Shown here: one piece after another, positions 17,581 to 27,131 of the stretch | Layout of the letters: every line of letters begins with the position of its first letter | Position numbering within the stretch: position 1 is the first letter of the stretch | From: a virus | Virus record (IMG/VR): IMGVR_UViG_3300009709_000003 | Location: 64,001 to 128,000 of that record | Reading direction: 5' to 3' (one strand) | Length of the DNA stretch: 64,000 nucleotides | Position numbers and translations under genes: made by a program | The notes under the pieces: generated by a model | What the model saw: only the letters and a program-made list of their open reading frames with translations | Told to the model about the DNA's origin: nothing | The model's database searches: none

Positions 17581-17889
17581 ATGGCAACGCAAGAGGAAAT
17601 CGAGGCAGTCCGCGACAATCTGGCAGACTATGGCCTCAGTGACGAGGTGATCTCGTTGGCGATCGACATATTTGGTGTTCATGCAGCGGATGCCCTTGAT
17701 GGCGGCGCTTATCAAGGCAAATACAATTCACTCAGCCACTATGCGTCAGAATACGTGGACGAAATTGGCCTACTCCATGGTTTGGATGACGTTATCGTCA
17801 AATATTTTGACTTTGAGTCGTATGGCCGCGATTTGGTGTCAGGTGGTGATGTAGTATACGAGAATGGCCACGTTTTTATTGCCAATTAA
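17581..17889 (+). CDS. ArdA-like antirestriction protein (short, C-terminal domains)
   Basis: YQGKYNSLSHYASEYVDE...KYFDFESYGRDLVSGGD...NGHVF resembles the ArdA C-terminus; true start 17581 from RBS. Confidence 0.7.
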   Translation: MATQEEIEAVRDNLADYGLSDEVISLAIDIFGVHAADALDGGAYQGKYNSLSHYASEYVDEIGLLHGLDDVIVKYFDFESYGRDLVSGGDVVYENGHVFIAN

Positions 17890-17896
17890 AACAAGC

Positions 17897-17914
17897 TTGG
17901 CACCAGTTTTGCAA
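17897..17914 (+). promoter_or_regulatory. Sigma-54-type promoter cassette
   Basis: TTGGCACCAGTTTTGCAA-ACAGAAAAGTAAC. Confidence 0.82.
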
Positions 17915-17939
17915 ACAGAAAAGTAACACGGGGGACAAC

Positions 17940-18203
17940 GTGAAAAAGAACGCAGCGCAACAAGCCTTGACCAACGCAGTGAACCGCGCCATCGCAAATG
18001 GAGCACCAGTGTACGAGAATCAACCCGTTGAGACGCCAAAACTCAAAACCTTTATCGTAACGCAGACCATAGTAAAGACCTTTGAAGTGCAAGAAGACGA
18101 CGCAGATAAAGCCAAAAGTGCGGTATTGACGTCCCGTTTTATTACTGGGACACAGACTGTAAACACTGTCGTAACAGAGAAGCTCGAAGGTGGCGTAATA
18201 TGA
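17940..18203 (+). CDS. Hypothetical protein with internal KTFIVT module
   Basis: GTG start, GGGGGA RBS. Confidence 0.6.
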   Translation: MKKNAAQQALTNAVNRAIANGAPVYENQPVETPKLKTFIVTQTIVKTFEVQEDDADKAKSAVLTSRFITGTQTVNTVVTEKLEGGVI

Positions 18204-18381
18204 ACATCCGAATTGGAGTTTACGTTAGTCTTTATGTGGGTCTTGGCGAACAATTCATGGACCAAGTACATACAGACTGGGCAGTAGTCCAACCTGGATT
18301 CTTTAAGAAAGAACTCCAGTAAACAAACACCTTAACCCGAAAGCCCGCCTAGTGCGGGCATCGGCATTAAGAGAGGGTAAC

Positions 18382-19743
18382 ATGCGATTTAAGGTAGGGC
18401 AAGTCATTCGTAACCTTGATTCTGTCATCCCTCAATTTAAATGGCGGATTGATAGAGTTACAGAAAACGGGTACGTAGTGACGCCCCTGATTTATAAGGA
18501 CATCTACAAAGAACGTTTTCTCTCTGCTCACGACAGATTGGTTTTGGCAGAAGGGAATGGAGACAACAAGTGACAACACTTAAACGGAAATTCCCGCGCC
18601 GGGTGTACGGTAAGCGTGAACACAACTTGATGTTGCGACAACAGGCACTCATGCCACTGACATACAAGCCTTTCGAGCAAGCGATATATAATCAAGGCTG
18701 GCTAGATGCGAAGACGGCCATAGTGGAACAAGAATTGCAGGACATTTCAAACATGTTCACTGACCTGGAAAAGGACAACAAGCAATGAATCCAATTAAAA
18801 ATTACAGTGTAACCTGCAACTGCAAGTGTAACTGCCCAAAGTGTAACAAGAGAAAGTAACATGGAAGACAAACAAGTGAACCATAAAACCCGCAAATTGA
18901 GTGACGAGTTGGAGAGAACCCCAGAATGGGGAGTGTCCACCGGATTCGAAATTCGTACTATTGAAGCCATCCGCAACTTGGAATTTAACCTGCATGAGGC
19001 GCAAAAGGCCGCTGAAGATGCACACTTTTTGCTGACAGCAGAGGTTAAACGAGCAGAATCCGCTGAAGCCCGCATTAAAGAACTAGAGTCCACGTGTATT
19101 AAAGAATTTGAAAAGGGATACGACCAGGCCCTGTCTGAAGTTGGTGTCAAATGGGACGGGAACAAATTTGTAAAGAAAAATGGGGAGTCACATGAGTAAG
19201 TCAAAACTGCTTGATAGTAAACAGAAGATCATCAACTACGTGCAAAAACGACGTGATCGTATTGGTGAGGAACGAGATCTAATAACGAGGTTTGCCGAAG
19301 TACGTAAGTTGGAAGAACAAGCCAAAATAGCACGTCGAGCCTATGAACAACGGTGTGAGGCTACACGACCAGAATTCAATGCTGCTTGGGACCGTGTCAG
19401 TATGGACGCCAAGAAATATTTGAATGCCTTGGTAGCCGGCACGCCCGTAACAGTGGATACGGATGCAGATGAGATGCGGGACAGACTTGTCAAACCTACC
19501 CTTGGTGTGGTAGAATAATCCCATAAATTTCAACTTGGAGGGCACTTGGCGGACAAAGAGTCTGACACACTGCAGTACACCAGCGCAGAGGAGATTCATT
19601 CAGACCTACAAGAAATTAGAAGGAAAATCCAGGAGATCACAGCTAAGCGGCGAGCATTTTTATCCTCGTACCTAAACAAGATTTTTACATCTAACTTAGA
19701 GGAAGAGAAAAATGAAACACAATCCATTCATAGACGCCATTAA
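18382..19743 (+). CDS. Run of small hypothetical genes (18382..18573, 18570..18788, 18861..19199, 19192..19518, 19546..19743)
   Basis: Coupled plus-strand ORFs with RBSs. Confidence 0.55.
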
Positions 19744-20104
19744 CAAGGCTTTCCCTAACATGGAGAAGATCTACGCCGAACTCGAAGAACAATTCGAACC
19801 AGGTGTGATCAGAGCGGCAGTAAAAACCTTTGGCATGGACCACGCTATCAAGGCTCTGAATCAAGGCGCATATCGAGGTAGATTTAAAAGTGTGGGCGCA
19901 TACGCAGAATCTGTGATTGCAGACCTGGCCATCCTGAACAACGACTTGTTGAAACTTTACTTTGACTACGACGCGTTCACTCGGGATCTGGGCCATGACG
20001 TCCATTTTATCGATGGGTACATTTTTGACATTGAATACGGACCTGGTATTACCTCATCAAGATCTATCATTGTGGATGACGAGGAAGACCATGAAATTCA
20101 GTGA
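19712..20104 (+). CDS. Second ArdA-like protein
   Basis: GAYRGRFKSVGAYAE...LYFDYDAFTRDL...DGYIF; paralog of 17581. Confidence 0.65.
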   Translation: MKHNPFIDAINKAFPNMEKIYAELEEQFEPGVIRAAVKTFGMDHAIKALNQGAYRGRFKSVGAYAESVIADLAILNNDLLKLYFDYDAFTRDLGHDVHFIDGYIFDIEYGPGITSSRSIIVDDEEDHEIQ

Positions 20105-20814
20105 CCTATTGGTAGGAGACGCCTTTGCTTGCCGGTTTGGGATTCTGAAGAAGGAAGGAGCCGGGCATGCTTTACACATTGACTCGCATGGGTTAAGTAG
20201 TTCAATCAACTCTGCTCATTCGGTCGTGTTTTTACCCTCCGTCAAAATCATCATGGAAAGCGAATACAAGGAGATTTTGAAAGAGTGTAAGAGAATCGGC
20301 TTGTCTATCAAGATTCAACAGTTGGTTGAGTCGTATTTAAAACGTCAAGGTGTGTTTGCTGAGACCGAACCGGTAAACATGCACTACCCTGCTCGATTAG
20401 CCGCCACGGTGGATATGATTGAAGCGATAGAACATCAACACGATGCATTATTGGCAGGTGAAACACACGATGATTTTACAGAAGAGGAAGTTCAAACGGC
20501 CTTGCAAGTTTTCAAAGACGCACTCGACATGCTTGAACTTACCCGCAAACAAATCCGATCAAAGATCTTTTAAAGGAATCCCATTTATGTCTGATTCTCC
20601 TTACAACCCCGCTCTTCTGTCTGCACAACTTGTGGCGGTAGGGCTGTCTATTCACGCTGTAGAACAACAGTATGAGGACGTAAAGAATGGTGAGATACTT
20701 GAACACCTTAGTCACGCAGAAAGGGAAGCGGCAGGTGTTGCATTTGAACTTATTCTCACAGGGTTGAATGTAAGACGATCTCAGATATCAACTATTTTGG
20801 ATGGGTGTAGGTAG
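20091..20814 (+). CDS. Two hypothetical genes (20091..20573, 20587..20814) sharing a helical module
   Basis: PARLAATVDMIEAIEHQH..E vs PALLSAQLVAVGLSIHAVEQQY..E. Confidence 0.55.
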
Positions 20815-20835
20815 GATAGTATCTTACTTATAAAT

Positions 20836-20853
20836 TTGGCATAGTCATTGCAG
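20836..20853 (+). promoter_or_regulatory. Sigma-54-type promoter
   Basis: TTGGCATAGTCATTGCAG upstream of the helicase. Confidence 0.75.
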
Positions 20854-20883
20854 ATAAATCGTAACATCTGTCTGGAGTGGTCT

Positions 20884-21897
20884 ATGCAACTTCGAGATTA
20901 TCAAATTAAAGTCATCGACCAGGTAATCTCGAACATTAGGGGAGGGGACACGTCAGTTTTGATTGAATCTCCCACAGGCAGTGGAAAGACAATTATGGGG
21001 ATTGCTTTGGCCGCCAAACTCGGCAACGAACAACGTGTCGGATGGGTGGCTACACGCCGCAATCTGTTGGCGCAGGCCAAAGAGGCCCAAATGCAATGGG
21101 CACCTTCCATGAAATTCTTCCCTATCTCTGCCTTTGAGAAGTCCCCTCCCCTAGTTGACATTCTCATCATTGATGAAGCCCACCACACGGCGACAACGAG
21201 TATTTCAGACATCTTGATTCAATCTAAAGCCAAAATCGTCATCGGGTTGACTGCTACGCCCTTTCGTTCAGACGGTATGATGTTGGCGTTCAAGTCCCAG
21301 GTAAAGGGCTGTGGAATTCACACCCTCATCCAAGACGGTTGGTTGTCTCCTTTCGACCATTTTTCAATCAAAGATTGGTCACCAAAAGAAGTTGTGAACA
21401 CATATCTGAGAGAGCAAGACCGCTTTGGTAAATCCTGCATCTTTTTCCACACTCGGAAAGAGTGTCAGACAGCCATGAACCTGCTGCGTGCGGGTGGGGT
21501 AGAGTGCGAGTTGGTGACGGGAGAGAGCGACCGAGAGCGCCAACTTCATCAATTCGAGACCGGTAAGACCAAAGTGCTGGTCAACATGATGGTCCTCACT
21601 GAGGGTTTCGATGCCCCCGACTTGCAGTCTATTTTCATCCGGGATTCAAGTAAAGGTCCCACCATTCAGATGGGTGGGAGAGTGTTGCGGAAAGTGCCGG
21701 GAATCGCTGTAAAGAATATCGTCCAGAGTGTAAACACACGGATGCCGTTCACCCGGGTTGCAACGGCCAAGACGCAATATCTGTATGAAGACGATAGGTG
21801 GGTGAGTATCACCGCCAACCCACATGTTGAGAAAATGGTCAATGTCGCTCTCAGTCAGTTGCGACGCAACGTGTTGAAAAATATACGGGAGTATTAA
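20884..21897 (+). CDS. Superfamily 2 DEAH helicase (ResIII/UvsW-like)
   Basis: LRDYQ, SPTGSGKT, DEAHH, TATP, LTEGFD, QMGGRVLR. Confidence 0.92.
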   Translation: MQLRDYQIKVIDQVISNIRGGDTSVLIESPTGSGKTIMGIALAAKLGNEQRVGWVATRRNLLAQAKEAQMQWAPSMKFFPISAFEKSPPLVDILIIDEAHHTATTSISDILIQSKAKIVIGLTATPFRSDGMMLAFKSQVKGCGIHTLIQDGWLSPFDHFSIKDWSPKEVVNTYLREQDRFGKSCIFFHTRKECQTAMNLLRAGGVECELVTGESDRERQLHQFETGKTKVLVNMMVLTEGFDAPDLQSIFIRDSSKGPTIQMGGRVLRKVPGIAVKNIVQSVNTRMPFTRVATAKTQYLYEDDRWVSITANPHVEKMVNVALSQLRRNVLKNIREY

Positions 21898-21899
21898 TC

Positions 21900-21917
21900 C
21901 TGGCACGAGAGATGCAA
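21900..21917 (+). promoter_or_regulatory. Sigma-54-type promoter cassette
   Basis: CTGGCACGAGAGATGCAA-TAAAAATCCCGTACCCTT; downstream part matches the 16141 cassette. Confidence 0.78.
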
Positions 21918-21959
21918 TAAAAATCCCGTACCCTTCGATCAACTTCCCAGGAGTTTAAC

Positions 21960-23024
21960 ATGATGAGCCAAGCAAGCCTGAACGATTTGAACGATTTCTA
22001 CACCAACGTCGTAAGTTTGCGCGATTTGTCCGTTCCTACCCCAGCAACCACCGACCGGAAAGCCGACCGCATGCCCAGCACTGTTTTCGTACATGGGCGC
22101 AAATACACAGCCGGTCGCCGTTTCTGGCAGTCCATCTTTGCGAAGTACGGTGTGGGCGACACTACCCTCCGTTATTTCACTCCTATGGAGTTGATCAGCC
22201 GCATCATCGAGCGCCGCAAGACCGACACTCTCCGTATTACTTCTATCTCTGGTCAACTGCAGGGTGTATCAGCCACGACCCGTCAGGAGACGACGCCCAC
22301 ACAAATCATCAGCTTGGGTGAACGCAGCGGGTTTCTCCCCGTTCAATATTACAATGGGGAACTTATCCTGGCGAAGTCGGTGGACCAAGCTTTCAAGATT
22401 GGCAACGACGAGTTCCAATTGAAGCACTATGCAAAAGTCCCTGTTGATGGCTACGGTAACCCTATGGTGATTATCGCACCAGAGCGTTTGGCCTGTCTCA
22501 ATCAGCTTGTGACTTGGGGCTTGGATTTCGGACAAAAGATTCAAATCGGACGTGGCATGTATCACGCCCTGGGTCAGGCCCTCCCAGCGTTTGAGAATGA
22601 AGAAGCCCTGGTGATTATGCGCAAGCGTCTTCAAGCAAGCCTTGAGACGGTAGCCAGCCTTGGTGAAGTACGAGAGACCCAACGTTTATTGGCAACCACC
22701 TACCCTAAGGCCGTGCCCGCATTCCAAGAAGCGGTTGGCGACCTGGCGCGTAAGTATGGCGTCACCAACTTGGACGCCATCGGACCGGTTCAGCAGCGCG
22801 TGCTCCCCACCGATGCCCGAGTGTATGACTTGATCAACATGCTCACCGAAGCTGCTACGCACGGCACGAGCCAGCATGTCACCACCAAGATGAACGCCCG
22901 CGTTGGCCGGTTGTTGGCCCGCCCGCAGTTTGATTTGGAGGGTATGGGTGACGAGGTGCCAGTGCAACCAAAAGCCACGTTCTTCACGCCCGAAATGTTG
23001 ACAACAAATCTGGATGCGGATTAA
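21960..23024 (+). CDS. DUF932-like protein
   Basis: ERLACLNQL resembles the RLxCxNG motif; YDLINMLTEAATH. Confidence 0.55.
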   Translation: MMSQASLNDLNDFYTNVVSLRDLSVPTPATTDRKADRMPSTVFVHGRKYTAGRRFWQSIFAKYGVGDTTLRYFTPMELISRIIERRKTDTLRITSISGQLQGVSATTRQETTPTQIISLGERSGFLPVQYYNGELILAKSVDQAFKIGNDEFQLKHYAKVPVDGYGNPMVIIAPERLACLNQLVTWGLDFGQKIQIGRGMYHALGQALPAFENEEALVIMRKRLQASLETVASLGEVRETQRLLATTYPKAVPAFQEAVGDLARKYGVTNLDAIGPVQQRVLPTDARVYDLINMLTEAATHGTSQHVTTKMNARVGRLLARPQFDLEGMGDEVPVQPKATFFTPEMLTTNLDAD

Positions 23025-23185
23025 TCAAATGTTGGACGAACTATTTTGCTTGGTGTTCGACGCGTTTCAAATAATTGTGAGTTGGTACATCGATGTACTT
23101 TACGTCGTGAGCCAACACCACAACCGGATGATAGACTGGTACAATTCACGCACTTACTTTTCATTTACGAAGGATGAGGAAAACC

Positions 23186-23425
23186 ATGGAAACGATTAGC
23201 GTAGAGTCATCGCATATGGCGACTATGGGTTACGAACCGGACACCAAAGTGTTGCAGATTGGATTTAAGAACAACACTCTTTATGAGTACTTTGACGTAC
23301 CGCCCAATGTCTGGGAAGAATTCAAGGCTGCCGAAAGCAAAGGTAAGTACCTGGCCAAGTTTATTAAAGGTACCTATCAATACAAGAAAGTGGAAACGCC
23401 GCCCACAGAAGAAGTAAAACCTTAG
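23186..23425 (+). CDS. KTSC domain protein
   Basis: VESSHMATMGY...LQIGF...YEYFDVP..VW..F..AESKGKY....IKG.Y. Confidence 0.9.
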   Translation: METISVESSHMATMGYEPDTKVLQIGFKNNTLYEYFDVPPNVWEEFKAAESKGKYLAKFIKGTYQYKKVETPPTEEVKP

Positions 23426-23667
23426 TAGACGTCGCCGTTCTCTTCAATCTTCTTGTCTTCCAACTGTGCTACCACTCGACGATAAAACTCCAACTTAGCG
23501 CCTTCAAGTGCGCCAAGTACATCGTTCATGACTTGGTAGTTCATCTTCGTGCCCATCATATACGACCGAATGAGTTGAGTGATACAGTAGTTCAGTTCAC
23601 CCGGATCCCCAGGAAACACTTCTTGAGCATCCAGAGCGTAGCGCCGGGTCTGTTTGATATATGGCAT
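23422..23667 (-). CDS. Conserved phage protein (DUF6899-like)
   Basis: MPYIK...PGELNY..GALEGAKLEFYRR...ENGDVY. Confidence 0.7.
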   Translation of the reverse strand: MPYIKQTRRYALDAQEVFPGDPGELNYCITQLIRSYMMGTKMNYQVMNDVLGALEGAKLEFYRRVVAQLEDKKIEENGDVY

Positions 23668-23668
23668 C

Positions 23669-23986
23669 TTACGACTTGGTCGAAGTGGTAGGTGTAGCGG
23701 GAGTCACACCCGTACTGACAGCAACAGGTGGAAGCTTGGCTGCCACAGCCTCGGCAAGCTTTGCTGCCTGAGCCTTAGCGGCTGCTTCTGCGGGAGTATC
23801 CAGGACGTGAATACTCTTAGCTGCGTCCCCCATTTGCACGACTTCAACTGCCGCTCCAGCCACGTCGCCATGGGCCGCGTCTGCAACTGTCACGGCTGCT
23901 CGTTCAACCGTCACCGCCGCTGCTTTCGCGTTGTGCCACGTAAAGAGCTTCCCGAACCAACTCCCGATCGCCTTTAGGAAATTCAT
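23669..23986 (-). CDS. Ala-rich hypothetical protein
   Basis: GAGGA RBS, amphipathic N-terminus. Confidence 0.6.
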   Translation of the reverse strand: MNFLKAIGSWFGKLFTWHNAKAAAVTVERAAVTVADAAHGDVAGAAVEVVQMGDAAKSIHVLDTPAEAAAKAQAAKLAEAVAAKLPPVAVSTGVTPATPTTSTKS

Positions 23987-24274
23987 GATTGTCCTCTTCG
24001 TGGAACTCAGTCCCACACTTTGTACACTTCATGTACATATAAGGAGCGATGTACCACCCGTTATGCTTGCCTGGACGATGTTGCGCTTCAAGGATATGTT
24101 GTTTACACATGTCACTGTATCGTATTAAGAGCGACCGGATAAATTATGTAGTACACGACCTTATATTACCCACATGAAGTACGTTGGATACGCTTTCGGA
24201 GTCGTAGCGGTAATCGCCTTTACTGGACAGTCTCTGTGGCGAGCATGGGTTGAACACAACGAAGAGGATAATGT

Positions 24275-24682
24275 ATGAAATTCTTTTTTAAACGTAAAGA
24301 CGGCGGCCAAGATTCCTATGTTACAGGCTATTGGCTCATTGAAGCTAAGAAGGCCTTCTCTGTTTGCCTCCTCCGATTTGATGAGAACACCAGGGAGAAT
24401 TATCACTCCCATGCGTTTAATTGTTTCTCTTGGGTGCTTACCGGTGGTCTCTCTGAACAATTTTACACAGGCACCAATAAAGCGGTGGTTAAGATCCCTC
24501 ACCTTCCCTCTTTCAAGCCGTTTATCACTCGTAAGACTACCCTCCACCGAGTGAAGTCTCTGCCAGGCAAGGGTACATCGTGGGTCCTCTCATTCCGTGG
24601 CCCATGGGAAGATACTTGGCACGAAGTAGATAAGCACAACAACGTGATCAATCTCACCCATGGGCGAAAGGTCGTAACTTGA
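24275..24682 (+). CDS. Cupin-like protein
   Basis: HSHAF...SWVLTGGLSE...HRV...WVLSFRGP. Confidence 0.6.
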   Translation: MKFFFKRKDGGQDSYVTGYWLIEAKKAFSVCLLRFDENTRENYHSHAFNCFSWVLTGGLSEQFYTGTNKAVVKIPHLPSFKPFITRKTTLHRVKSLPGKGTSWVLSFRGPWEDTWHEVDKHNNVINLTHGRKVVT

Positions 24683-25116
24683 AATACCTACTTCTTCTAC
24701 TGCTCCCAGCGTGTGCTAGTGCTAGTCCTGTTCCTTTCCGTAAGGCCCAGTGGCAAGCCGGACAACAATGCGTTGTGTACCAACGTGCTAAGTGCCGAGG
24801 TAAGGCTGGCACGGTTTACACCTGTTATCTGTGTCGTACCGGGGACACTGAGGGTGAACCGTCAGATTACAACGTTCCCCGATAAATCGGTAGAGCATGC
24901 GTCTTATACACACATACAAGCGAGAGAACGAAATGTAGAGAGACGCCGCCAAGCTGTAGCACCGATGATACCCGGTGAAGTGTAGCCTCGCACAGGAGCA
25001 TTGGACAACGCCGCGCTCCCGGCCTACAGCCAAATCGATACGGATGTCAAACTTTTTGGCAGGGGTTCGTCGCGTACATCCGGATTGAAATAGGATAGAA
25101 TAATTTCATTGTCAGA

Positions 25117-25234
25117 CAAAACCGATCGGTTTTGATCGCTCCCTTCTTCGTTTGATTTTCTACCCAATACCTCAGCACTTCGCTTAAGAATTTATACACC
25201 ACATATAATTGTATAAAACAAAACCGATCGGTTT
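25117..25234. repeat. Duplicated palindrome CAAAACCGATCGGTTT(TG) at 25117-25134 and 25219-25234 in a ~1 kb non-coding block
   Basis: The first copy is a perfect 18-bp palindrome. Confidence 0.85.
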
Positions 25235-26013
25235 AGTTCGTGCGCTTTACCTACATCAAACTACATTTGCGGTGCGTGTCAGATTGAACGTTCATACACT
25301 TTTAATTTCCCGCAGCCCCGTTTTTAAACGTAGCATTCGACGCGAATACTAGAGCCGCAACTAACCCACCGACGCAAAAGGAAAGTACACTCCCGGCCCT
25401 CCCAGATATGGTGGTACCCGAACTTACAGACAAAGACGCGGAAGCTTACATTCCTGTGTACGTTTTATCAGTAGAGTGTACGTAGCAACAAGTGGTCTGT
25501 GGGGTTAGATTTAGTCTAGGTAAGGTGTAAATCTGTTACGGGTTGAAATAGTCTACTTTCCCTTCTCCATACGGTCTTCATTTGTTCTTTTAAAAGAGGA
25601 GCGTATTTTCTGCGGCACGGACAAACGTCACGGCCCGTACAGGAGAATCAAGGTGAGTACGAGGGCCAATGTGTAATAACCTCTCCTACTGTTTATAGGA
25701 GGACCATAAGTACTAGAGGTAAGATCATTAAAACAGAGTAACATAACAACCATTGATGCGATTTTCATTTTATTTCTGCTAAGGATGGATGATGTTTTAT
25801 ACTTAATTCTTATAGAACATAAATAGTATATAAATGAATACGGTATGTAAAATATAAACAAACATGGGAAAGTGTACACACAGGGACTTTTACTCTGACA
25901 AACACACCAAAAAATCCCGGGTTGTGGGGTTACCGATGTATTAAATGTCGGAAATGGCGTCCACTATTTTTGTGGGGCGGCGAAGGTTGGCAAGTGGACG
26001 AGAAGGGAGAAGA

Positions 26014-26418
26014 ATGATGCAGGCGAACCATTTGATTTTTGCGGTAGGTAGTGTGGTAGTAGGGATTCTTGGAGTCGCATACATCCGATATTCGAAACCA
26101 TTTACGGAGACTAAAATTTCTGAGGTGGTGGGACGTCCTCGTTTAAATTGGGTGGTTGGTAGCTATGTGGCCGGTGATAAACTGTGGACTGCCGATGCGT
26201 CTTTCCATAAAAGAATCGGTCTAACCAGTCAGCAGAGCCATGATTTGATGGAGGGGCGGGCCATTGTGGTCGATGACATTTTATTTGATAAGCTTATCAG
26301 GGAACAAACTCCTTTCATCTCTTCCTATAAAGAACAAAAAGGCGTATGTTTAATGTTTCCAGTTATATGGCGTAAGTCAGATCATGAAAAGTTATATAAG
26401 GAATACTACTTAAAGTAA
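26014..26418 (+). CDS. Membrane-anchored hypothetical protein
   Basis: N-terminal transmembrane helix. Confidence 0.55.
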   Translation: MMQANHLIFAVGSVVVGILGVAYIRYSKPFTETKISEVVGRPRLNWVVGSYVAGDKLWTADASFHKRIGLTSQQSHDLMEGRAIVVDDILFDKLIREQTPFISSYKEQKGVCLMFPVIWRKSDHEKLYKEYYLK

Positions 26419-26436
26419 TTGGCACGGCGGTTGCAA
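26419..26436 (+). promoter_or_regulatory. Sigma-54-type promoter
   Basis: TTGGCACGGCGGTTGCAA (consensus match), then AGGAG RBS and ATG 26463. Confidence 0.85.
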
Positions 26437-26462
26437 TAAATTCCTCAACAGGAGAGAAATAC

Positions 26463-26666
26463 ATGGGTACAAAGCAGCGTATGATTATGTGGGGGCCGGG
26501 TGGTGGTGGTACGGACACGCACGTACAGTTTTTTGAACGCGGTGATAAGAACGCCAACAAGTTATTTGATCAACTTGTAGAGCTAGGTATGCCAAGCGTA
26601 ACCGCTTTGAATGTCGTTCTCCACAGTTCAGATGCCAGCTATGTGGACGAAAAGGTCGAAGAATAA
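26463..26666 (+). CDS. Small hypothetical protein
   Basis: Promoter and RBS present. Confidence 0.65.
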   Translation: MGTKQRMIMWGPGGGGTDTHVQFFERGDKNANKLFDQLVELGMPSVTALNVVLHSSDASYVDEKVEE

Positions 26667-26837
26667 TATGACAAACGAAGAATGGCAAGCACTTTGCATC
26701 CTGAGCAGTATACTCTTAGGGACAATGCTGGCGGTTCTACTGAAACGCTTTATCAAGCTTTGATTCTCGCTATGATGTGAGAGACGATATGACGGCGACC
26801 TTCAATTTATACGTGATAAACCTTCATGGAGTTCAAA

Positions 26838-27131
26838 ATGACAAGAACTAAGTTAGATACGGCGGCGGATGTTTTGCGTTGGGCTGGAATGGGCTTTAAA
26901 GATATGGGCGACCTGGGTGACTACGAAACCGCCGCCTACATTGCGGATGCTGTGACGATGTATCGACAGCGGCTAATAGACCACCCTGCCACGACTAAAC
27001 GCGTTCTAGAAAACGAGCGGCTGCGCCAAGCATTCGATGCGCTAGAAAAGCTTGGCTACGACAGTGGCGACTTGCTAGTACTGGAAGTTTTACAGAGCGT
27101 ACGCAACACAATGAAAGACAACAATAAGTAA
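26838..27131 (+). CDS. Module-A family protein
   Basis: KLDTAADVLRWA...ETAAYIADAV...ENERLRQAF. Confidence 0.7.
   Translation: MTRTKLDTAADVLRWAGMGFKDMGDLGDYETAAYIADAVTMYRQRLIDHPATTKRVLENERLRQAFDALEKLGYDSGDLLVLEVLQSVRNTMKDNNK

Noticed and set aside
18328-18378. Twister ribozyme (UAAC...AAGCCC...GAGGG)
   Set aside because: Lacks the conserved L4 and pseudoknot pairings; kept only as an unexplained hairpin
24953-25030. Canonical tRNA or HDV-like (theta) ribozyme
   Set aside because: No T-loop/D-loop consensus or 7-nt anticodon loop, and no P1/P1.1 nested pseudoknot could be built
26682-26699. Sigma-54-like ATGGCAAGCACTTTGCAT
   Set aside because: Falls within a small ORF (EWQALC) and is not positioned before a clear gene; may be chance
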